Shown piece after piece: positions 1-9,674 of a stretch of 64,000 bases of DNA. Within the stretch, counting starts at the first letter, position 1. Every line of letters begins with the position of its first letter. Under the pieces are notes generated by a model. That model was not told the DNA's origin and made no database searches. It worked only from the letters and a program-made list of their open reading frames with translations. The position numbers and the translations under genes were made by a program. Where the stretch lies: the NCBI GenBank assembly GCA_963727485.1, contig CAVSGM010000002.1, positions 608,001-672,000 on the forward strand. The letters are read 5' to 3'. Origin of the DNA: an uncultured delta proteobacterium. GTDB taxonomy: Bacteria > Myxococcota > Myxococcia > SLRQ01.

Positions 1-1
1 G

Positions 2-697
2 GTGGGCCTCGCCCTGGTCATCTTCGACTTCGGCCGGGGCTCGCCCATGCTCCGGTGGATCCCCAGCGACCCGATGCGCCGGGCCCTCACCGGCCTGCTC
101 TTCGGCGCCACCGGGGCCTCCATCGCCATCTCGCCCCTGGGGAAGGCCAGCGGGGCCCACATCAACCCCCTGGTCACCCTCGCCTTCTACCTCCAGGACA
201 AGCTCCACGGGCGCCACGCCGTCGCCTACGGGGTGGCCCAGTGCCTCGGGGCCATCGTCGGCTGCGTGCCGCTGCTGGCCTTCGGGGCCATGGGCCGGTC
301 GGTGCACTTCGGGGCCACCGTCCCCGGCCCCGGCGGCCCCTGGGTCGCGGTCGCCGGCGAGGCGGTGACCACCTTCGCCCTCATCGCCGGCCTCTTCTTC
401 TTCCTGCGCCTCCCGCGCCTGCGCCCCTTCACCCCGCTGCTCTTCCCGTTCCTCTACGCGGCGATGGTGTGGCTCGAGGCGCCGATCTCCGGCACCAGCA
501 CCAACACCGCGCGGACCCTGGGCCCGGCGGTGATCTCCGGCGACTGGCGGGGCTTCTGGGTCTACGTGGTGGGGCCGCTCATCGGGACGCTCCTGGCCCT
601 CTGGCTCCACGCGGCCCGGCGCCTCGAGCACCTGGAGGTCGAGGTGGCGAAGGTCTACCACTTCGCCAGCGACCGCCACGGCGTCTTCCGCCGGTAG
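2..697 (+). CDS. MIP/aquaporin family channel (5' truncated by window)
   Basis: SGAHINPLVT and GTSTNTARTLGPA MIP signature boxes, hydrophobic TM helices, WVYVVGPLIG. Confidence 0.85.
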   Translation: MGLALVIFDFGRGSPMLRWIPSDPMRRALTGLLFGATGASIAISPLGKASGAHINPLVTLAFYLQDKLHGRHAVAYGVAQCLGAIVGCVPLLAFGAMGRSVHFGATVPGPGGPWVAVAGEAVTTFALIAGLFFFLRLPRLRPFTPLLFPFLYAAMVWLEAPISGTSTNTARTLGPAVISGDWRGFWVYVVGPLIGTLLALWLHAARRLEHLEVEVAKVYHFASDRHGVFRR

Positions 698-734
698 GCC
701 CGCGCCCCCGGCGGGTCCCGCTGCCCGGTCCGCC

Positions 735-1538
735 CTACTGGGGCGCGCCCTGGGCGATCCAGTCGACGATGGTCTGGATGTCGCTCGACGAGAGGCTCCC
801 GCGCTTGGGCATCGCCACCCCGGCGCAGGGGGGGCTGGCGGAGGTGGCGAGGATCTTGTCCACCAGGACGCTCTCGCCGCGGCTCGGCCCGCAGGCCATC
901 ACCCGGTCGGCGTTGCACTCGATGCTCCCGACGCCCACCAGGCTCCCGTAGCTGTGCCCGTCGGTGAGGTCCATGGGCGCCAGGCCGCCGGTGCTCACGT
1001 GGCAGCCGGAGGTGGCGCAGCTGGCGTCGAAGATGGGCTGCACGTCGCCGGCGAGGGTCACCGCCCGGGAGGCGATGCCGAAGCCGAAGGCGTTGGAGTC
1101 GCCGCCCCCGGGGGCGGGGTTGGTGACGACCACGCGCACCTCGTCGCGCGTCGGGGCGGTGGCCAGCAGGCTCGCGGGCACCGTGATTGAGAGGGCGGTG
1201 GCGCTGTCGGGGCTCACGGTGACCGCGGTCCCGTCGAAGGTGGCGGTGGTCCCGGCCATGAACCCCGAGCCGGTGACGGTGACCGTGAGGTCCGAGCTCC
1301 CGGCGACGGCGCCGCAGGGCGAGAGGGCGGTGACCAGGGGCACCGGGTTCCCGCCCCCGGCGTCGGCGACGCCCCCGTCGGTGCCCCCACCCCCGCCGTC
1401 CTGGGACCCGCTCCCGCCCCCGTCGGTGACGCCGCCGCCGTCGCCGCCACCCACAGGGGCGGTCGTGGTGCCGCAGCCGGCGGCGAGGAGGAGCACGAGG
1501 CCGAGGACCACGACGGGGACGCGCGCGGAGTTTTGCAT
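735..1538 (-). CDS. Lipoprotein with IPT/TIG domain and C-terminal c-type cytochrome-like domain
   Basis: Lipobox LAAGC, DGG-rich linker, IPT-like PVPLVTALSP..LTVTGSGF..VVVTNPAPGGG, then VQPIFDASCATSGCH...MP...WIAQGA. Confidence 0.7.
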   Translation of the reverse strand: MQNSARVPVVVLGLVLLLAAGCGTTTAPVGGGDGGGVTDGGGSGSQDGGGGGTDGGVADAGGGNPVPLVTALSPCGAVAGSSDLTVTVTGSGFMAGTTATFDGTAVTVSPDSATALSITVPASLLATAPTRDEVRVVVTNPAPGGGDSNAFGFGIASRAVTLAGDVQPIFDASCATSGCHVSTGGLAPMDLTDGHSYGSLVGVGSIECNADRVMACGPSRGESVLVDKILATSASPPCAGVAMPKRGSLSSSDIQTIVDWIAQGAPQ

Positions 1539-1628
1539 GGTGCCCTAGGGTAGCACCCGCCGCTCTGATTGGGGATATGTCCGAACCATGACGGCCCAGG
1601 GCGCCGCCAGTCGCCACACTGTCGTCCC

Positions 1629-2390
1629 ATGAAGGCGCTGCTCTCCATCTGGGCCTGGACCGTCATCGGTCTCGCGGTGATCTTCGGGTTCCTCACCCTG
1701 GTCCTCCTCACCCCGACCCTCCTCTTCGACCGCAACCGGCGCATCATCGGCCGGGCGTTCCGGCTCTCGTCGGTGGTGGCGGCGAAGCTCATCCCCCAGT
1801 GGCGGTTCCGGGCCATGGGCGAGATCCACCGGCCCCGACCCCGGACGGTGGTGGTGGGCAACCACCTCTCGCTGGCCGACCCGTTCATCGTCTCCTACCT
1901 GCCCTGGGAGATGAAGTGGATGGCCAAGGAGGAGGCCTTCCGCCTCCCCATCATGGGCTGGTCCATGCGCCTGGCCGGCGACATCCCGGTGAACCGGGCC
2001 GACCGCGCCTCGGGCAAGGCCGCCCTCGAGCGCGCCCGCTACTGGCTCGAGCGCGACATGCCGGTGATGATGTTCCCCGAGGGGACCCGCGCCAAGGGGG
2101 GCAAGCTCTTGCCCTTCAAGCCCGGCGCCTTCCGCCTCGCCATCGAGACCGGCGCCGACGTCCTGCCCATCGCCATCTGCGGCACCGACAAGGCCCTGCC
2201 CAAGCACGGCTGGAAGATGAGCCGCACCACCGCCCGGGTGATCACCAGCGAGCCGATCTCCACCGCGGGGATGACCGTCGACGACGTCCCGGCGCTGAGC
2301 GAGCAGGTCCGCGAGCGCATCCAGGGCCTCCTCGAGGAGCTGGGGCAGTACCGCGAGGCGCCCGCCGGCCACCCGGTGCGGGCGAGCTGA
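1629..2390 (+). CDS. plsC: 1-acyl-sn-glycerol-3-phosphate acyltransferase family protein
   Basis: NHLSLAD (HX4D), FPEGTR and PFKPGAF motifs; N-terminal TM segment. Confidence 0.85.
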   Translation: MKALLSIWAWTVIGLAVIFGFLTLVLLTPTLLFDRNRRIIGRAFRLSSVVAAKLIPQWRFRAMGEIHRPRPRTVVVGNHLSLADPFIVSYLPWEMKWMAKEEAFRLPIMGWSMRLAGDIPVNRADRASGKAALERARYWLERDMPVMMFPEGTRAKGGKLLPFKPGAFRLAIETGADVLPIAICGTDKALPKHGWKMSRTTARVITSEPISTAGMTVDDVPALSEQVRERIQGLLEELGQYREAPAGHPVRAS

Positions 2391-2412
2391 CGGACGCGGT
2401 CGGCGCCGCCCC

Positions 2413-3024
2413 TCAGGCGCGCGCCGGCACCGGGTCGAGGGACGCCAGGTCCGCTGGGCGGTCCACCCCCAGGAGCACCCCCGGGTCGTCCACGGCGACC
2501 ACCAGCCGCGAGTGGGCGTTGGCCACCGCCCGGGCGCCCTCCCCGCCCGAGACCGAGGCGAGCTCGGTGTAGGTCTCGGGGGCGAAGATCACCGGGTGGC
2601 CGTGGCGACCGCTCCAGGCGGGGATGGCCACCGCCGGGCGCAGGGCCAGGTAGGAGGCGAGGAGCTCGGCCACCGCCGGCGCGCCCACCGCCGGGTGGTC
2701 CACGGGCCACACCAGGAGGCCGTCGCCGGCGTGGCCGGCGGCCAGCAGCGCCGAGAGCCCGGTCTGGATCGACGAGAGCATCCCCCCGGTCTCCCAGTCG
2801 GCGTTGACCACCACCTGCACCCGCGGCGGGAGCGCCACCTGGGCCTTCACCGCGTCGGCCTCGGCGCCGAGGACCACGCACACCGCGGCGAGGTCCGCCT
2901 GGCCGTCGAGGACCCGCGCCACCCGGGCGAGGAACGCCTCGCCCTGCCACTCCACCAGGGCCTTGGGCCGGCCCATGCGCCGCCCGGCGCCCGCCGCGAG
3001 AATCACCGCCCCGATGTCAGCCAT
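2413..3024 (-). CDS. mocA: Molybdenum cofactor cytidylyltransferase-like nucleotidyltransferase (MobA/MocA family)
   Basis: ILAAGAGRRMGRPKAL, GMLSSIQ, PVDHP, GHPVIF motifs; next to xanthine-oxidase-family genes. Confidence 0.75.
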   Translation of the reverse strand: MADIGAVILAAGAGRRMGRPKALVEWQGEAFLARVARVLDGQADLAAVCVVLGAEADAVKAQVALPPRVQVVVNADWETGGMLSSIQTGLSALLAAGHAGDGLLVWPVDHPAVGAPAVAELLASYLALRPAVAIPAWSGRHGHPVIFAPETYTELASVSGGEGARAVANAHSRLVVAVDDPGVLLGVDRPADLASLDPVPARA

Positions 3025-4285
3025 GGGTCTCTCCTTCCCGGGCGCCCGGGTCGTCGCCGAGGTGGCTCGCCACCAGGTCCTCCACCAGCGCGTCCGGGAG
3101 CACCCGGTCGGCGGCCTTGGCGGCGCGGAAGATCGCGTCGCAGAGGGCGTCGCCCGCGGGGTGTCCGTGGGCGGCGAGCCAGTGCTTCACGTTCGAGAGC
3201 CCGCTCATGGGCCCGATCTCGATGCGCTGGGCCCGGCCGACCAGGCCGGCGGGGACCCCGCTGTAGACCGTGTCGGCGAGCCAGGGGTCGCCGCTGCGCT
3301 CGGCCTTGATCACCGCCGCGGCGTGGACCCCGGTGGCGGTGCGGAAGGCGTCGGCGCCGAGGACCGGGTACTCACCGGGGATGGCCCGGCCCACGGCCCG
3401 GCTCACGGTCTCGCACCACTCGGGGAGCCGCGAGAGGTCGGCGTCGCGCTCGCCGAGGAGGCGCAGGTTCACCAGGATCTGGTCGAGGGGCGCGTTGCCC
3501 ACCCGCTCGCCGATGCCGAGCGCGGTGCCGTGGATCCGGTCGGCGCCGGACTCCAGGGCGGTGAGGCTGTTGGTGAGCGCCAGGCCCCGGTCGTTGTGGC
3601 CGTGCCAGTCGATGCCCACCTTCGCGCCGCTGACCTCGATGACGTCCCGGGTGAAGTCGATGAGGTTCCGGACGCCGTCGGGGGTGGCGTGGCCCACGGT
3701 GTCGCAGAGGGCGAGGCGGTGGGCCCCGTGGTCGATGGCGGCGCGGAAGAGGGGCTCGAGGTCGCCGGGGCGGCTGCGGGTGGTGTCCTCGGTGACGAAG
3801 GTCACCGGGAGGCCCTCCTTCACCGCGAAGTCCACCGCGTCGGTGGTCAGCTTCAGCAGGTGGTCGAGGCTCCAGCCCTCGACGAAGCGCCGGATGGGGC
3901 TGGTGCCGAGGAAGGCCATGACCTCGATCTCGATGCCCGTGGCCTGGCTCACCTCCACCACCGGGCGGATGTCGTCGAGGTGGGTGCGGGCGGCACAGCT
4001 CGGCCAGATGGCAAGCTTGCGATCTGCCAGATGGCGGGCGAGGGCCAGGACGTCGGCCCGGGCCCTCGGCCCGGCGCCGGGGAGGCCGAGGTCGATGGCG
4101 TCGATGCCCACGGCGTCGGCGAGCTCGAGGAGGCGCAGCTTGTCGGCGATGGGCGGATCGACGATGGACGGACCCTGGATCCCGTCGCGGAGGGTCTCGT
4201 CGTAGAGGGTCACCGAGCCGTCGGTGAGGGGGTGGTGCCGCTTGCGGATGTTCCAGTCGTAGATGAGGCCTTCGTGGTGCGGCAT
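3017..4285 (-). CDS. LeuA-family DRE-TIM synthase (2-isopropylmalate/homocitrate/Re-citrate synthase-like, no regulatory domain)
   Basis: YDETLRDGIQ, LCDTVG, HGHNDRG, GIGERVGNA, IGPMSG motifs; ATG at 4285. Confidence 0.85.
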   Translation of the reverse strand: MPHHEGLIYDWNIRKRHHPLTDGSVTLYDETLRDGIQGPSIVDPPIADKLRLLELADAVGIDAIDLGLPGAGPRARADVLALARHLADRKLAIWPSCAARTHLDDIRPVVEVSQATGIEIEVMAFLGTSPIRRFVEGWSLDHLLKLTTDAVDFAVKEGLPVTFVTEDTTRSRPGDLEPLFRAAIDHGAHRLALCDTVGHATPDGVRNLIDFTRDVIEVSGAKVGIDWHGHNDRGLALTNSLTALESGADRIHGTALGIGERVGNAPLDQILVNLRLLGERDADLSRLPEWCETVSRAVGRAIPGEYPVLGADAFRTATGVHAAAVIKAERSGDPWLADTVYSGVPAGLVGRAQRIEIGPMSGLSNVKHWLAAHGHPAGDALCDAIFRAAKAADRVLPDALVEDLVASHLGDDPGAREGETHG

Positions 4286-4342
4286 CGCGGGGCTCCCGGC
4301 GGGCGGCGCCGGCATGTGGATACACGTCGGCTGGCATGAACG

Positions 4343-4864
4343 GTGCACACGACGTGCCACGTGTCTGCCCCCGAACCCGCCCTCCTCCGCCTGGTGGTCA
4401 ACGGCGAGGCCCGCACCCTCGCGGCCTCGCCCCAGGCCACCCTCCTCGAGGTCCTGCGCTACGACCTCGGCCTCACCGGCACCAAGCAGGGCTGCGACAA
4501 GGGCGACTGCGGCGCCTGCACGGTCCTCCTCGACGGCCGCCCGGTGCTGGCCTGCCTCACCCTCGCGGCGCTCTGCGAGGGCCACGAGGTCCGCACCGTC
4601 GAGGGCCTGCGCACCCCCGCCGGCCTCCACCGCCTCCAGGCGGCGTTCATGCGCCACGGCGCCGCCCAGTGCGGCTTCTGTACCCCGGGGATGCTCATGA
4701 GCGCCGCCGCCTTCCTCGAGGGCCGGGGCGACGCCGGGCCCCCGAGCCGCGAGGCGGTCGCCGAGGCCCTCTCCGGGAACCTCTGCCGGTGCACCGGGTA
4801 CGTGAAGATCGTCGACGCGGTCCTCGACGCTGCCGCAGAATCTGCGTCCAAGGCGGCGTCATGA
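4343..4864 (+). CDS. hcrC: (2Fe-2S) subunit of 4-hydroxybenzoyl-CoA reductase-like molybdoenzyme
   Basis: GTKQGCDKGDCGAC, QCGFCTPG, NLCRCTGY motifs; start may be GTG at 4361. Confidence 0.8.
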   Translation: MHTTCHVSAPEPALLRLVVNGEARTLAASPQATLLEVLRYDLGLTGTKQGCDKGDCGACTVLLDGRPVLACLTLAALCEGHEVRTVEGLRTPAGLHRLQAAFMRHGAAQCGFCTPGMLMSAAAFLEGRGDAGPPSREAVAEALSGNLCRCTGYVKIVDAVLDAAAESASKAAS

Positions 4865-7208
4865 CCCGGGCGCGGAGCGGGACCGGGGCTGACGGGGCCA
4901 AGACCGGCAACATGTCGCCGATCGGGGGCCGCCACGGGCGGATCGATGGGGGCGATCAGGTCACCGGTCGCGCACAGTATGCGGACGACCTTGCGCCGCC
5001 GCGCATGTTGTTCGCGCGGATCCTCCGGTCGCCCCACGCCCACGCGCACGTGGTCGGCCTCGACACCCGGAAGGCCCTGGCCCTGGACGGGGTCGAGGCG
5101 GTGATCACCGGCCGCGATCTGCCGACGCCCTACGGGGTGCTCCCGTGGACCGAGGACGAGCACGTCCTCGCGGTGGAGCGCGTCCGGTACGTGGGCGACG
5201 CGGTGGCCGCGGTCGCCGCCGTGGACGAGGCCACCGCCGACGCCGCCTGTGCCGCCATCGAGGTGGCCTACGCGCCCCTCCCGGCGCTCCTCAATCCCGA
5301 GGACGCGGCGTCGCGCACCGACGTGCAGCTGCACACGGGCAAGCGCCCGGGGAACCTCACCAAGCAGGTGGACCTGGCCTTTGGCGACGTGGACGCCGCC
5401 GCCGCCGAGGCCGCGGTGGTGGTCGAGGGCGACTACTTCTTCCAGGGCACCACCCACGCGGCCATCGAGCCCCACTGCGCCCTGGCCGAGGTCGACGGGA
5501 GCGGCGTCGTGACCGTGTGGTCGGCGACCCAGGTGCCCCACTACCTCCACCGGGCCCTGGCCCAGGTCCTCGAGGTGCCGGCGCGCCAGGTGCGGGTCAT
5601 CCAGCCGCCGGTGGGCGGGGGCTTCGGCGGCAAGTCCGAGCCCTTCGACCTGGAGTTCTGCGCGGCGCTCCTCGCCATGCGCACCGGCCGCCCGGTGAAG
5701 GTCCTCTACACCCGCGAGGAGGTCTTCCTCGCCCACCGGGGCCGCCACCCCACGCGCATCCGGGCCAAGACCAGCTTCGCCGAGGACGGGCGGCTGCTCT
5801 CGGCCACGACGCGGACCTGCTCCTCGACGGCGGCGCCTACGCGAGCTTCGGCCTGGTCACCACCTACTACGCGGGGCAGCTCACCGCCCTCCCCTATGAC
5901 CTGCCCGCCTACCGCTACCGGAGCCGGCGCGTGTACACCAACAAGCCCGCCTGCGGCCCCAAGCGCGGCCACGGGGCGGTGCAGCCGCGCTTCGCCATGG
6001 AGGTGCAGCTCGACCGGGCGGCGACGGCGCTGGGCCTCGATCCCATCGAGCTTCGGCGCCGGGCGTTCATCGGCGAGCAGACCCGCTCGGTGAACGGCCT
6101 GCGGGTGGGGTCTTTGGGGCTCATGGCCTGCCTCGAGGCGGTGGAGAAGGCCAGCGGCTGGAAGGCGCGCCGGGGCCGGCTGCCGCGGGGCCACGGGCTC
6201 GGGGTCGCGGCGAGCGCCTACATCAGCGGCACCAACTACCCCATCTACCCCAACGACATGCCCCAGTCGGCGGTGCAGATCGCCTGCGACCGGTCCGGGC
6301 GGGTGCGGGTGTTCGCCGGCACCTCGGACATCGGCCAGGGCTCGAGCACCATGCTCGCCACCATCATGGCCACCGAGCTGGGGGTGGACCTGGCGGACGT
6401 GCGGGTGCTCGCCGCGGACACGGACCTCACGCCGGTGGACCTCGGCGCCTACTCCAGCCGCATCACCCTCATGGCCGGGCACGCGGCGATGGACGCGGCG
6501 CGGTCGGTGGCCAAGAAGGTGCGCAAGGCGGTGGCCCAGGCCTGGGAGTGCAAGCCGTCGGACGTGTCGCTGGTCGACGGCCTGGCGGTCGACGTCCGGG
6601 ACCCGTCCCGGTCGATGGCGCTCGCCGAGGCGTTCCAGGTGGCCGAGGCCGCCTTCGGGACCCTGGGCGCGGTGGGCCACTACAACACGCCCAAGGAGGG
6701 GGTCCACGGCGACTACCGGGGCGCCACCATCGGCGCCACCCCGGCCTTCTCCACCACCGCGCACGTGGCCGAGGTGGAGGTCGACGAGGACACGGGCGAC
6801 GTCCGGGTGCTCAACATCTGGGTGGCCCACGACTGCGGCAAGGCCCTCTCGCCGCTCCTCGTGGAAGGCCAGATGGAGGGCTCCTGCTACATGGGCTTCG
6901 GCGAGGCGCTGATGGAGCACCACGAGGTCGGCCCCGAGGGGCGGCTGCTGGCGCCGGACCTCCTCGACTACCGGATCCCCACGTCCATGGACACGCCGTT
7001 CATCGAGTCGCACATCGTCGAGTCGCCGGACGAGAACGGGCCCTACGGCGCCAAGGAGGCCGGCGAGGGGCCGCTCCACTCGGTGATCCCCGCCATCGCC
7101 AACGCGGTCTTCGACGCGGTGGGGGTGCGCGTCGACCACCTGCCCATCACCCCCGAGAAGGTCCTCGCCGCCCTGGACGCGGCGCGCGCGAAGGAGGTGG
7201 CGTCATGA
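4861..7208 (+). CDS. hcrA: Molybdopterin-binding subunit of 4-hydroxybenzoyl-CoA reductase-like enzyme (frameshift near 5800, probably a sequencing error)
   Basis: N-half in ORF 4336-6093 (VTGRAQYADD, RSPHAHA, GGGFGGK), C-half in ORF 5145-7208 (RGHG, DIGQGS, GAYSSRITLMAG, AKEAGEG). Confidence 0.75.
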
Positions 7209-8189
7209 TGCCGCTGCCGCAAGTTCGAGCTCGCCCGCCCGACGCACCTGGACGAGGCGGTGTCGCTCCTCGCCGAGGCCGGCGACGAGGGGAAGGTCCT
7301 CGCCGGGGGCACGGACCTCCTGGTGAACCTCAAGCACGGGATCACCTCGGCGCGCCTCCTGGTGTCCCTGCGCGAGGTGGGGAACCTCATGGGCATCCAC
7401 GTCGCCGACGACGGCACGTTGGTGGTCGCCGCCGGGGAGACGCTGGCCGACGTGGCCGCGAGCAAGCTGGTGCGCACCCGGGCCCCGGCGCTCGCCCAGG
7501 CCGCCGCCGCCGCGGCCCACCCCCAGGCCCGGAACATGGGGACGCTGGGGGGCAACGTCTGCCTCGACGTGCGCTGCCGCTACGTGAACCGCAGCGGGTT
7601 CTGGCGCGGGGCGCTCGGCGGCTGCCTCAAGGCCGACGGCGAGCTGTGCCACGTGGTGCCCAAGGGCCGCAACTGCATGGCCGCCATGTCCGCGGACACG
7701 GTGGCGCCGCTTTCGGCCCTGGGCGCCGTGCTCGAGGTCGCGGGCCCCGGGGGCACCCGGCGCCTCCCGGTCCTGGCGCTCCGGGGCAAGGACGGCCGCG
7801 ACCCGGTGGCCCTGTCCCCGGGCGAGATCGTCACCGCCATCCGCGTGCCCCCCATGGACGCGCGCCGGCGCAGCAGCTACCAGAAGTGGGCGGTGCGCCG
7901 GGCCGTGGACTTCCCGCTGGTGAGCCTGGGCATGGTCCTCGACAGCCACCCCGACGGGCGTGTCGCGGCCATGAGCATCGTGGTCGGCGCGCTGGGGCCG
8001 CGGCCCAAGCGGATCACCGGGCTCGAGGCCTTCACCGACGAGGCGCTGACGCCGGAGCTCATCGACGCCGTCGCCGAGCGGGTGGTCAAGCAGTGCGCGC
8101 CCTTGCCCAACGTGCTCTACGACGCCGACTACCGGCGCCGGCGCCTGGGCGTGATGGTGAAGCGCCAGCTCGAGGCGTGGGGCCGCTAG
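7205..8189 (+). CDS. hcrB: FAD/[4Fe-4S] subunit of 4-hydroxybenzoyl-CoA reductase-like enzyme (frameshift near 7220)
   Basis: LAGGTDLL and TLGGNVC motifs, plus the Cys-rich insertion CRYVNRSGFWR..CLK..CHV..C typical of HcrB; ATG at 7205 is out of frame by 1 nt. Confidence 0.78.
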
Positions 8190-8908
8190 CGCGAGAGCCC
8201 CAGGGCCAGCGCGAACACCGTCCCCGGGTGCACGAAGCTCCGGGTGACGTCGAGCTCGAGGTGGAAGTGGCCGATGCCCTTCGCGGGCGTGGACACCCCG
8301 AGGAGGACGCCGGCCAGGGCCTCGGCCGAGGCGGTACCGTTCTGCGGGCCCGTGGTCCCGACCAGGGTCAGGTTGGACTGCTGGGGCAGGCGGGCACCGG
8401 GCCGGAACCCGAGCTGGATCGTGGTCCGCCCCACGCGCCACCCGAGGACCACGGGCACCGAGCCCAGGCCGAGGAGCGCGGGCCCGTAGCCGACGTTGTC
8501 GGTGCAGAAGGCACCCGGCGGCGCCACGCAGTAGGTGTCCGCGAGCACCGCCCCGGCCTCGAGGCCCAGGGAGAGCGAGAGGTGCGGCGTGTGGAGCACC
8601 TCGAACCGCCCGTCGAGCATGGCGCCCCCGCCCCCGAGGACCCGGAGGCCCAGCGACAGGCCCGGCGCCACCCCGTAACGCACGGAGAGCTCGAGCCCGG
8701 GGGCGACGAAGAGGCGCGGCGGGGTGTCGTAGGCGCCGGGCATGATGCTCCCGGCGACGGCGCCGCCGAAGCCGAGGTGGCCCGCGGGCACCGGCGTGCC
8801 CGGGTACATCAGCGGCGGCGGCACCGCGTAGCAGCCCGAGGCCCCCAGCAGGAGGCACAGCGCGGCCGCGGGAAGATGCGTCCTGCCACGAGCGCCGGGG
8901 CCCTGCAT
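8186..8908 (-). CDS. Hypothetical lipoprotein, likely beta-barrel (paralog 1)
   Basis: Lipobox LGASGC, alternating beta-strand pattern, strong similarity to the adjacent ORF. Confidence 0.6.
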   Translation of the reverse strand: MQGPGARGRTHLPAAALCLLLGASGCYAVPPPLMYPGTPVPAGHLGFGGAVAGSIMPGAYDTPPRLFVAPGLELSVRYGVAPGLSLGLRVLGGGGAMLDGRFEVLHTPHLSLSLGLEAGAVLADTYCVAPPGAFCTDNVGYGPALLGLGSVPVVLGWRVGRTTIQLGFRPGARLPQQSNLTLVGTTGPQNGTASAEALAGVLLGVSTPAKGIGHFHLELDVTRSFVHPGTVFALALGLSR

Positions 8909-8917
8909 GTAGGCCGC

Positions 8918-9598
8918 CTAGTGCGACAGCCCCACCGCCACGGTGACGACCGTGTCGGGGATGCCATCCAGATGCATGAAGCTGTGTGAGACGTCGAGCT
9001 GGAGGTCGACCGCCCCCAGGTGCTCCACCGGGATCGACGCCCCCACCAGGCCCCCGGCCAGGGGGTCGAGGACCAGCAGGCCCGGCCGGACGCCCAGCCA
9101 GATGGTGGCGCGCCCGTAGGACAGCCCGAGGACCACGGGGACGTCGGCGATCGGGGCGACGGGTGGGCCACCGCCCCCCGTGTTGCAGGCGACGTGGAAG
9201 GCACAAGAGACCGCGATGTGTGAAACGGGTGCCCCGACCGCCCCCAGCTCGGCGCCCACCGAGAGCGAGAGGCGCGGGGTGCGGAGCACCTCGAAGCGCC
9301 CGTCGAGCATGAGGTCCGGGCCGCCGGACACCGAGAGGCCGAGGCTCGCCCCGTGCCCCAGGCCATAGCGGGCGGAGAGCTGGCCCCCCGGGAGGGGGCT
9401 CGGCGTGTTGGCCCCCAACCGGCCGGGCATGTCGATGCTCCCGGCGAGGGCGCCGCCGAAGCGGAAGTGCCCGGCGGGGACCGGCGTCGCCGGGTACATC
9501 AGGGGCGGGGGCATCGGGAAGCAGCCCGAGGCCCCCAGCACGAGGCAGAGCGCCGCCATGCTGGCGCCGGGCACACCGCGGGTTCCGGTCCCTCTCAT
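8918..9598 (-). CDS. Hypothetical lipoprotein, likely beta-barrel (paralog 2)
   Basis: LGASGC..PPPLMYP.TPVPAGH and MLDGRFEVL.TP.LSLS shared with 8186-8908; start uncertain. Confidence 0.6.
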   Translation of the reverse strand: MRGTGTRGVPGASMAALCLVLGASGCFPMPPPLMYPATPVPAGHFRFGGALAGSIDMPGRLGANTPSPLPGGQLSARYGLGHGASLGLSVSGGPDLMLDGRFEVLRTPRLSLSVGAELGAVGAPVSHIAVSCAFHVACNTGGGGPPVAPIADVPVVLGLSYGRATIWLGVRPGLLVLDPLAGGLVGASIPVEHLGAVDLQLDVSHSFMHLDGIPDTVVTVAVGLSH

Positions 9599-9674
9599 GG
9601 CCAGGAGGCTACCACCAATCACCTAGCCCCTGTTACCCGGACCGCCTGGCCGGCGGTGCACCCGTCGCCCGGCG

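Noticed and set aside
4344..4358. TGCAC-N5-GTGCC as a BzdR-like operator before hcrC
   Set aside because: The spacing and one half-site deviate from the consensus, and it may lie within the coding sequence. Too weak in high-GC DNA.
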